64,000 nt of DNA from Candidatus Dormibacteria bacterium. GTDB lineage: Bacteria; Chloroflexota; Dormibacteria; Aeolococcales; Aeolococcaceae. The notes beneath the pieces were generated by a model, which was not told where the DNA came from, did no database searches, and saw only the letters and a program-made list of their open reading frames with translations. Position numbers and translations under genes: made by a program. The stretch covers positions 13,149-77,148 of the forward strand of contig JBEKGP010000003.1 of assembly GCA_050012735.1 (NCBI GenBank). The letters are read 5' to 3'. Positions 56,751 to 64,000 of this stretch are shown in pieces; positions within the stretch are counted from its first letter, which is position 1; each line of letters begins with the position of its first letter.

Positions 56751-58190
56751 GTGTTCTCCAAGGTGCTCGTCGCCAACCGTGGCGAGATCGCCCTCCGGGT
56801 GATCCGTGCCTGTCGCGACCTCGGCATCGCCTCAGTGGCGGTGCACAGCCAGGCCGACCGCGGCGCTCCCTTCACCATCCTCGCCGACGAGGCGGTGGAG
56901 ATCGGTCCTGCGGCGCCGTCGCAGTCGTATCTCGACATCGAGCGGATCGTTGCGGCAGCAAGGTCCACGGGAGCTGAGGCGATCCATCCCGGCTACGGCT
57001 TCCTCAGCGAGAACCAGGCATTTGCCCGGGCCTGTGCCGCCGCCGGGATCGTCTTCATCGGACCTCCTCCCGAGGCGATGGCCGCCATGGGTGAGAAGGT
57101 GCCGGCGCGGGAACGGATGCTGGCCTCAGGAGTGCCGGTCGTTCCGGGCAGCGGAGCGCTCAGCGACCCGGAGGAGGCCGAGAAGGTGGCTGCTCGGATC
57201 GGGTACCCGGTGCTCATCAAGGCCTCCGCTGGAGGTGGCGGCATCGGGATGCGGGTGGCTCGCGATCCCGCGGAGCTCCGGAGCGGCCTGGAAGCTGCCC
57301 GCTCAACCGCGGAACGTGCCTTCGGCAACGCCACCGTCTTCCTCGAGCGCTACGTCGACGAGCCCCGCCACATCGAGGTCCAGGTGCTCGCCGACTCCCA
57401 CGGCAATGTCATCCACCTCGGGGAGCGCGAGTGCACGATCCAGCGCCGTCACCAGAAGATCCTCGAGGAGTCGCCCTCGGTGGTCATCGATGCGGAGACC
57501 CGGGCGCGCATGGGCGAGGTCGCCGTCACCGCCGCGCGCGCCGTCGGCTACGTGAACGCCGGCACCGTGGAGCTCATCTACTCGAAGGGCGAGTTCTTCT
57601 TTCTGGAGATGAACACGCGATTGCAGGTCGAGCATCCCGTCACGGAGGCCGTGTACTCCGTGGACCTCGTCGTCGAGCAGCTTCGGATCGCGGCCGGTGA
57701 GCGCCTCCAGCTCCGCCAGGAGGACCTGGTGCCACGGGGGCACGCCATCGAATGCCGGATCAATGCCGAGGACTACGCCAACGGCTTCATGCCTTCGCCG
57801 GGCCGGGTCACCGGCTACCACGAGCCCTCGGGTCCCGGTGTCCGGGTCGATGCCGCGCTCGCCGGGCCGGGGATGGTCTCGCCCAGCTACGACCCGATGA
57901 TCGCCAAGCTGATCGTCTGGGGCCCGACTCGTGAGCTGGCCATCGGCAGGATGCGCCGTGCGCTGATCGAGTACGCGATCACCGGCATCCGGACCAACAT
58001 CGCCTTCCACCTCGCCATCCTCGACTCCCCCGACTTCTGCGCGGGCGAGTACACCACGCACTTCATCGAGGACCACCCCGAGCTGGTGCCCGCGGCCCAG
58101 GCGTGGGAGGAACGGAGGAAGCGGTACGACCGCCTGCTCCGCGACCCCGCCCACGTGGCGGCCATCGCCGCCGCGCTGGCGGTGAGCTAA
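56751..58190 (+). CDS. accC: biotin carboxylase (AccC/PycA-type)
   Basis: It begins FSKVLVANRGEIALRVIRACR, has an ATP-grasp domain and an intact catalytic block EMNTRLQVEHPVTE. The GTG at 56751 was chosen by N-terminal alignment. Confidence 0.95.
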   Translation: MFSKVLVANRGEIALRVIRACRDLGIASVAVHSQADRGAPFTILADEAVEIGPAAPSQSYLDIERIVAAARSTGAEAIHPGYGFLSENQAFARACAAAGIVFIGPPPEAMAAMGEKVPARERMLASGVPVVPGSGALSDPEEAEKVAARIGYPVLIKASAGGGGIGMRVARDPAELRSGLEAARSTAERAFGNATVFLERYVDEPRHIEVQVLADSHGNVIHLGERECTIQRRHQKILEESPSVVIDAETRARMGEVAVTAARAVGYVNAGTVELIYSKGEFFFLEMNTRLQVEHPVTEAVYSVDLVVEQLRIAAGERLQLRQEDLVPRGHAIECRINAEDYANGFMPSPGRVTGYHEPSGPGVRVDAALAGPGMVSPSYDPMIAKLIVWGPTRELAIGRMRRALIEYAITGIRTNIAFHLAILDSPDFCAGEYTTHFIEDHPELVPAAQAWEERRKRYDRLLRDPAHVAAIAAALAVS

Positions 58191-60694
58191 CCGCCGACCG
58201 GGTAGGTGGCGCTGGCCGCCGGCTGACCGCCGTCGATGTCGGCGAGCGAGGTGCCGACGACCACCTCGATGCCGGCTGGGAGTGAGCCGGCCACGATCAG
58301 GGTCGCCTCACGGGTGTCGGCGTCGTAGCTCGGCGGACTGATCGTGGCGAGCGTCTGTCCGCTGCCCGTCTCCAGCCAGAGGGAGCCGGCACCGACGCTC
58401 GAGGCCTCCAGGTCGGCGTCGAAGATGACGGTCACGACACTCTCCGGGTTGGCCGACCCTGCGACCGGGGGCGTCACGCTGACGTTGAGGACCTGGGGCC
58501 CGCCGCCCTGGAGGTGGAGAGGAGGCACCGTGAGCCCCGTCACCAGCCACCCGCCCCCGGCGCTCTCTCCGAGCACGATGGTCTCGTCGGTGATCTGACC
58601 GGGAGCGGTGGGGGTTGGATCCACGATGAGCCGGGCCGAGGCGGTGAGGGTGGGCCCGGCGGTCGCGCTCGCCGCCGCGCAGCTGGAGCTGATGACGTAT
58701 CCCCGGTCGATCGATGCCGGCGTCAGGGTGCCGGCGGATGGGGCCTCGGGGGAGGTCAGGGTGGCCATGGCGGCCTGTTCGTGGGCGACCTGATCGCCCA
58801 CGAATCGGGTCAGCACCTGACCGGCGTCCACACAGAGGGAGGTGGCCCCGGGCGGCGTCGAGGCGGTCTGGACCTGGGCGAGGTCGAGGCTCCCGGCCGC
58901 CACGAATGCGAGTCGCGTTCCGTCGGGGGAGAGGGCCAGAGAGCTGGCCTCGTCGGGGCTGGTGCCCAGCACCGTCCCGCTCGCCGTCTCGGCCTCGATC
59001 CCGCCGGGGTCGAGAGCGTAGGCGAGGGTGGCCCCGTGGGCGTCCAGCGCCAGCTCCTCGATCCCCTCGGTGGGGGCGCCGGAGACCGGTGTGATGGTGG
59101 CCGGGTCGCTGACGGGTGCCTCCAGGACCGTGGAGGTGCTCCCGCTCACGTCCACCCACGCCACCTCATCCCCGGCGCCGCTGAACGTCACCGCCCCGCT
59201 GGCGCTCCCGGCCAGCTGGGTGGGGGTCGGCATATTGGTGCCATCGGTGGTGAGCGTGACCAGCCATCCGTCCGCCGCGGTCGGCGGATAGGCGGCGGTC
59301 GTCGCCGACGGAGAGGGCGCGGTCGGGGACGCGGTCGCGGAGGGGGAGGTGGCCGAGGCGGAAGGGGACACGGTCGCTCCTGGCCCCTCCTGGCCGGCAA
59401 CGTCAATGGCGGGGAGGAAGACGGCCTGTCCATCGGCCGCGAGCACCACACCGGACGCCGAGCCTCCCGCGGGGAAGGCGTAGAGCTGAGATGAGTGGTC
59501 GTCGAGGTCCACGGCGTTGACCCCCTCGGGGGTGACGAAGACGATCCGGTTGCTGCCATCCCAGGCAAGGGCCGTCACCGGAGCGCCGCCGGTGGACCCC
59601 GTCGGCCAGACGCGGCTCGCCGAGGTCCCGTCGGGATTCTCCACCACGATCGTGCTGGTGCCGTCCGGCTGGGAGACGGCGAGGGCGACATACAGGCCGT
59701 CGGGCGCTACCGCCACCGCCGTGGCCGGCAGGTCGCTGAGTGGCACCGGGGCCTGGTCGGCGGGGAAGTACGTCGCACCCTCGGCCGCGGCGGGAGTGGG
59801 AGCGGTCGCCGCGGCATTCGAGGGTGAGGGGGAGGCGGTGAGCGGCGTTGCCGAGGGAGAGGCGAGGCGGGGAGTGGCCGTGGCTGCGGGGGAGGCGGTG
59901 GCCGCGCCCCCCGGAGAGGCGCTCGGGGTCAGGATCGACGCCGGCTGCCCGGCGGTGGACTCGGTCACCCCGGGAGCCTCACCAGGGCCCCAGAAGGCCA
60001 TCCCGTCGCCGGCGGCCGGCCCCACTGCAGCGGGCTCGAGCGCGGGCACCGGCGCTGCCGTCGGGCCGGGTGTGGCCACCGCCTGGGTGCCGAACTCGAT
60101 CGTCACGTTGGCGAAGAGTGTCTGGCCATCCGTGTTCTGGATCGCCGCCTTGGGGATCGTGACCTGATAGTCGGTGTCGGCGGCAAGCGGGTGGGTGGGC
60201 GTGACCACCAGGGTCTCGGCGCTCTCCCACGCCACCGTCACCTGGGTGGCCGGGTGGATCTTGAGCGCGTTCACCACCGCGGCCTCGCTCTGCGCGCTGA
60301 GCGGCTCGTTGAAGCTGAGGGTGATGGCCTGGTGGGGGTCGACCGCGTGCCGGTGGCTCACGTTGGAGGCGACGACGGCCAGCCTGCCCGGGGGAGGGGT
60401 GCCGCTCGTGAGCGCCACCACCAACGCAGCCGCCGCGGCCAGGGCGGCTGCGGTTCCGAAGCTGCCCCAGATCGCCAGCCGGCGGGGGGCTCTCCTGGTC
60501 CGGAAGGTGCGCCGGGGGGCCAGCACCGTGCGCGCCTCAGCCATCAGCCGGGCGCGGAGGATGGGCGGGAACCTCGGATCGAGGTCCGGCTCGGGTCGGC
60601 TCTTGCGGACCACCTGAGCGAGCTGGAGCAGCTCGGGGTCCTCGCCGAACAGCTCGGAGAGCTCGGCGTCGAAGCGGTCGCGGCGCTCGTTCAC
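58187..60694 (-). CDS. anti-sigma factor with a very large extracytoplasmic domain
   Basis: It has a short cytoplasmic N-terminus, one TM (LAIWGSFGTAAALAAAAALVVAL), and about 730 aa of Ig-like/propeller-like and Ser/Thr/Pro/Ala linker sequence. Its ATG overlaps the sigma factor stop. Confidence 0.7.
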   Translation of the reverse strand: MNERRDRFDAELSELFGEDPELLQLAQVVRKSRPEPDLDPRFPPILRARLMAEARTVLAPRRTFRTRRAPRRLAIWGSFGTAAALAAAAALVVALTSGTPPPGRLAVVASNVSHRHAVDPHQAITLSFNEPLSAQSEAAVVNALKIHPATQVTVAWESAETLVVTPTHPLAADTDYQVTIPKAAIQNTDGQTLFANVTIEFGTQAVATPGPTAAPVPALEPAAVGPAAGDGMAFWGPGEAPGVTESTAGQPASILTPSASPGGAATASPAATATPRLASPSATPLTASPSPSNAAATAPTPAAAEGATYFPADQAPVPLSDLPATAVAVAPDGLYVALAVSQPDGTSTIVVENPDGTSASRVWPTGSTGGAPVTALAWDGSNRIVFVTPEGVNAVDLDDHSSQLYAFPAGGSASGVVLAADGQAVFLPAIDVAGQEGPGATVSPSASATSPSATASPTAPSPSATTAAYPPTAADGWLVTLTTDGTNMPTPTQLAGSASGAVTFSGAGDEVAWVDVSGSTSTVLEAPVSDPATITPVSGAPTEGIEELALDAHGATLAYALDPGGIEAETASGTVLGTSPDEASSLALSPDGTRLAFVAAGSLDLAQVQTASTPPGATSLCVDAGQVLTRFVGDQVAHEQAAMATLTSPEAPSAGTLTPASIDRGYVISSSCAAASATAGPTLTASARLIVDPTPTAPGQITDETIVLGESAGGGWLVTGLTVPPLHLQGGGPQVLNVSVTPPVAGSANPESVVTVIFDADLEASSVGAGSLWLETGSGQTLATISPPSYDADTREATLIVAGSLPAGIEVVVGTSLADIDGGQPAASATYPVGG

Positions 60695-61254
60695 AACGCC
60701 TCTCCGGCGACCGCGGAGATGCCCAGCCGCTGCCGGACGCCGATCATGCCGCGGTGCACCAGCAGCTTGACGGCACCCTCGCTCTTGCCCATGATCTCGC
60801 CGATCTGAGCCAGCTTGAGGTCCTCTCCCAACTTCAGGGTCATGGCGGTCCGCTGCTGCTCCGGAAGAGCGTCGATCGCCGCCCAGACACGAGCGGCCTC
60901 AGCCGACTCGACCACCCTCTCCGCCACCGGACGGGTCGGATCGGCGATCTCGACGGCCGCGTCGAGACTCGCCTGCGGCCGCCGCTGGCGGAAGTGATCG
61001 GCGATGGCGTTGGCGCTGATCTGGTACAGCCACGAGCTGAACGGGTGCCCAGACGTCCGGTAGCGGGGCATGGCCCGGAGTGCCTTCATGAAGACCTCCT
61101 GGGTGACCTCCTCAGCGGCGTCCTGGTCCCGTGTCCGGCTGTAGGCGAACCGGTAGATCTGACCGACGTAGTGGTCGTACAACTCCCCGAAAGCGTCGGC
61201 GTCCGTCCTGGCACGCTCAACCAGCTGATCCTCGTAGGCCCGGGGAAGGGTCAT
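60691..61254 (-). CDS. ECF (group IV) sigma-70 factor
   Basis: 187 aa. Region 2 is FGELYDHYVGQIYRFAY...AEEVTQEVF, and the region 4 HTH is LAQIGEIMGKSEGAVKLLVHRG. Confidence 0.9.
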   Translation of the reverse strand: MTLPRAYEDQLVERARTDADAFGELYDHYVGQIYRFAYSRTRDQDAAEEVTQEVFMKALRAMPRYRTSGHPFSSWLYQISANAIADHFRQRRPQASLDAAVEIADPTRPVAERVVESAEAARVWAAIDALPEQQRTAMTLKLGEDLKLAQIGEIMGKSEGAVKLLVHRGMIGVRQRLGISAVAGEAL

Positions 61255-61504
61255 CGCACGTCTCTCATCCCCAGGCGTGTGTGCCTGGTGAACGGACCGG
61301 CGGGTGGGGAGGTTACGGGGCAGCTCATCTCAACGGCGGCGGTCTGCGGACACGCGCGCTCGGCCACCCCCTCGAGCGTGCTGGCTGATCAGGACGGATG
61401 CGCGCCTTCCACTATAGGTGACCCGTCGAGGTGTCTCACGGGAGCCGTGACGCCTGCCCAATGTCAACTCTCTCGCCAAATCCGGTTCGGAGTCCGCCAC
61501 CGAA

Positions 61505-61510
61505 TAGAAT
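61505..61510 (+). promoter_or_regulatory. candidate -10 box (TAGAAT) for leaderless purB
   Basis: The sequence reads TAGAAT tggctcac GTG, an 8-nt spacing. Confidence 0.35.
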
Positions 61511-61518
61511 TGGCTCAC

Positions 61519-62889
61519 GTGATCCCCCGTTACACGCCGGCCGCGATCGCCGCCGTCTTCAGCGACGAATCCCGGCTCCGGCGGTGGCTGGAGGTGGAGC
61601 TCCTGGCCGCCGAGGGCTGGGCCGCCGTCGGGCGGATCCCCTCGGAGGCGGCCGAGCGGCTCAGGAAGGCCGCTCATGTGGATCCAGCTCGCGTCGCCGA
61701 GCTGGAGGCCGAGCAGGGCCATGACGTCGCCGCCTTCGTCCAGGCGGTCCAGGAGACCGTCGGCGACGAGGGGCGCTTCTTCCACCTGGGGCTCACCTCC
61801 TCCGACGTGGTCGACACCGCCCTGGCCACCCAGCTCCGGGACGCCGCCCGCCAGATTGACGACGACGCGGTTGCCCTCGAGGCGGCGCTCGCCGCCCAGG
61901 CGGTGCGGCACCGGCTCACCATGATGCCGGGCCGGACCCACGGGGTTCACGCCGAGCCGCTCAGCCTCGGGGTCAAGCTCGCCAATCACTACGACGAGGT
62001 GAGGCGCGGCCGGGCCCGGCTGGCCGCCGCGGCCTCCGAGGTTTCGGTGGGCCAGGTCAGCGGACCGGTGGGGACCTACACGTCGGTCCCGCCAGAGGTC
62101 GAGGAGCACGTCTGCCGGGGCCTCGGGCTGGCCGTAGCCGACGCCGCCACCCAGGTGCTGGCGCGGGATCGTCACGCCGCCTTCGTCGCCTCGGTCGCCA
62201 TCCTGGGGGCCAGCCTCGAGCGGCTCGCCACCACCGTCCGACTGCTCCAGCAGACCGAGGTCTCGGAGCTGGAGGAGCCCTTCGCACAGCGGCAGAAGGG
62301 GTCGTCGGCGATGCCCCACAAGCACAACCCCGTCCTCTCCGAGCGGATCTGCGGTATGGCCAGGGTGCTGCGGGGCTACGCCGTCACCGCCATGGAAGAC
62401 GTCGCGCTCTGGCACGAGCGCGACATCTCCCATTCATCCGCGGAGCGGATCGTGCTGCCCGACTCCTGCGCGCTGCTCGACTACATGATCAGGCTGTGCA
62501 CGCGCATGGTCGCGCAAGTTCGTGTCAATGCTGACAAGATGTTGGCCGACGTCGAGACCCTGGGCCGGATCACCTGTTCCCCCCGCGTTCTCGATGCCCT
62601 GATCGTTGCCGGATGGGCACGGGAACCGGCCTATCGCGAGGTGCAGGTCCTGGCTGAGAGGGCCCGCCGGGGCGAGGCCGGCTTCGAGGCGCTGGTGCGC
62701 GGCCAGTTCGGCGAGGTCCTCTCACCGGATCGGCTGGATGCCTGCTTCGACCTCGCCCCCTACCTCGCCGGCATCGACGGTACCTACCGGCGGCTCGGGC
62801 TCGAGATCCGCGACGCGGAGACGGGGACGGCGACCGACGAACGTCCGCAGCTCGCCGTCGAGGCGGGGATTGGAGGAGGGCTGGCATGA
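61519..62889 (+). CDS. purB: adenylosuccinate lyase
   Basis: It has the fumarate-lyase signature GSSAMPHKHNP and a PurB-type N-terminus (IPRYTP...). The GTG at 61519 was chosen because the track ORF start at 60754 lies inside the sigma gene. Confidence 0.95.
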   Translation: MIPRYTPAAIAAVFSDESRLRRWLEVELLAAEGWAAVGRIPSEAAERLRKAAHVDPARVAELEAEQGHDVAAFVQAVQETVGDEGRFFHLGLTSSDVVDTALATQLRDAARQIDDDAVALEAALAAQAVRHRLTMMPGRTHGVHAEPLSLGVKLANHYDEVRRGRARLAAAASEVSVGQVSGPVGTYTSVPPEVEEHVCRGLGLAVADAATQVLARDRHAAFVASVAILGASLERLATTVRLLQQTEVSELEEPFAQRQKGSSAMPHKHNPVLSERICGMARVLRGYAVTAMEDVALWHERDISHSSAERIVLPDSCALLDYMIRLCTRMVAQVRVNADKMLADVETLGRITCSPRVLDALIVAGWAREPAYREVQVLAERARRGEAGFEALVRGQFGEVLSPDRLDACFDLAPYLAGIDGTYRRLGLEIRDAETGTATDERPQLAVEAGIGGGLA

Positions 62890-63767
62890 CCCCGGTGCTG
62901 ATGGCGGCTCAGGACGTCGGGCTCGAGGTGTTCCGGCGTGGCAAGGTGCGGGACACCTTCGTTCTCGACGACGGCAGCCTGCTGATGGTGGCGACCGACC
63001 GGCTCTCCGCCTTCGACGTCGTGCTGCCCGACCCGATCCCGGATAAGGGGAGGGTGCTGACACAGATCTCCCGCTGGTGGTTCGAGAGGACCGCGCACGT
63101 CGTGGCCAACCACCTGCTCCCGGACCGGCCGGACGCGGTGCCGCCGGAGATCTGGGCGGAGTGGCGGGAGCGCTCGATGCACTGTGCGCGGGCGGAGCGC
63201 ATCGACATCGAGTGCGTGGTCAGGGGCCACCTCTCGGGCTCCGGCTGGAAGGAGTACCGCGACCGGGGAACGCTGGCCGGCGAGCCGCTGCCCTCGGGGT
63301 TGCGCGATTCCTCGCCGCTCCCCGAGCTGCGCTTCACTCCGTCCACCAAGAGCGACAGCGGGCACGACGAGAACATCAGCCGCGCCGAGCTGGCAAGCAC
63401 CATCGGTGCCGAGCTGGCCGTGCTGCTCGAGCGGACCTCGCTCGAGCTCTTCCGCTTCGCCGCTCTGCACTGCATCGGCCGGGGCATCATCCTTGCCGAC
63501 ACCAAGTTCGAGTTCGGGATGATCGACGGCCGCCTCTGCCTGATCGACGAGATCTTCACTCCCGATTCCTCGCGCTTCTGGGACGCGTCGGAGTGGCGCG
63601 ACGGGGAGACCGCCGTCTCCTTCGACAAGCAGCCGGTCCGCGACTACCTGGAGACGCTGGACTGGGACAAGCGGCCGCCAGGCCCCTCGCTTCCCCCGGA
63701 CGTGGTGGCGGCGACCACCGCGCGCTACCTCGAGGCGGCCCGGCGGATCTGTGGGCTGGAGCTGTGA
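62886..63767 (+). CDS. purC: phosphoribosylaminoimidazole-succinocarboxamide (SAICAR) synthase
   Basis: It has GKVRD...ATDRLSAFD and LADTKFEFG motifs. The ATG overlaps the purB stop. Confidence 0.95.
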   Translation: MTPVLMAAQDVGLEVFRRGKVRDTFVLDDGSLLMVATDRLSAFDVVLPDPIPDKGRVLTQISRWWFERTAHVVANHLLPDRPDAVPPEIWAEWRERSMHCARAERIDIECVVRGHLSGSGWKEYRDRGTLAGEPLPSGLRDSSPLPELRFTPSTKSDSGHDENISRAELASTIGAELAVLLERTSLELFRFAALHCIGRGIILADTKFEFGMIDGRLCLIDEIFTPDSSRFWDASEWRDGETAVSFDKQPVRDYLETLDWDKRPPGPSLPPDVVAATTARYLEAARRICGLEL

Positions 63768-64000
63768 GGTACATCGTCGAGGTGGTGATCTCGCTCAAGC
63801 CCGTGGTCAACGACCCGCAGGGGCTCACGGTGCGGGCCGGACTTCACCAGCTCGGCTTCTCCGAGGTCTCGGAGGTGCGGGTGGGGAAGCACATCAGCCT
63901 GGAGGTGGACGGCGACTCCGAGTCGAGCGTCCGGCAAAGCGTGGCGGGCATGTGCGAGAAACTGCTGCGCAACCCTGTCATCGAGGACTACCGCATCGAG
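63764..64000 (+). CDS. purS: FGAM synthase PurS subunit, truncated by the window end
   Basis: The GTG overlaps the purC stop. The sequence VRYIVEVVISLKPVVNDPQGLTVRAGLHQLGF...LLRNPVIEDYRIE matches the PurS pattern. Confidence 0.85.
   Translation, partial: MRYIVEVVISLKPVVNDPQGLTVRAGLHQLGFSEVSEVRVGKHISLEVDGDSESSVRQSVAGMCEKLLRNPVIEDYRIE

Noticed and set aside
61289-61315. An ECF-type promoter-like motif, TGAAC-18 nt-GTTA, near the sigma factor gene.
   Set aside because: It is oriented away from the sigma gene, so it cannot be the autoregulated promoter. The spacing and -10 match are poor.

Overview
This is a visibly GC-rich chromosomal segment (about 70% GC by eye, not computed). It is densely packed with roughly 55 protein genes and one tRNA. 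The long ORFs in the other frames are the usual antisense artefacts of high-GC DNA.

Gene content is mostly core metabolism, organised in short translationally coupled operons with ATGA/GTGA stop-start overlaps:
- hutH-hutI
- a marR-MFS exporter pair
- a PIG-L deacetylase and an MshC-type Cys ligase (mycothiol-like thiol pathway, suggesting an actinobacterial-type lineage)
- tRNA-Asp
- a type I-beta DAHP synthase
- an OafA-like acyltransferase
- a NarL-type two-component pair
- tldD-pmbA
- an Rrf2 regulator
- pstSCAB
- an APC permease
- metH and an isolated infA
- an epimerase/UPF0104 pair
- a histone H1-like repeat protein
- lon
- a GuaB3-type gene plus guaA
- purD-purE and purB-purC-purS
- an ECF sigma/anti-sigma pair
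- a split pyruvate-carboxylase-like pair (a PycB-like biotin protein and AccC)

I recognise no transposase, integrase, phage gene, CRISPR/cas, restriction-modification or known defence gene. I cannot honestly point to a clear novel multi-gene system.

The best leads are:
1. The PycB/OadA-type biotin protein, whose four canonical metal-ligand catalytic residues all appear substituted.
2. Composite repeats carrying identical perfect 24-nt hairpins in the metH/infA divergent region.
3. An exact 29-nt direct repeat between tRNA-Asp and mshC.
4. An uncharacterised CX4CX7CX9CX4CX12CX2H protein.
5. A histone-like protein built from six 33-bp tandem repeats, with a two-domain unknown gene downstream.
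6. A pervasive leaderless-gene signature (TANNNT 6-9 nt upstream of start codons).

All family calls come from motif recognition by eye, and no database search was run. Coordinates of non-CDS features were counted by hand and could be off by 1.
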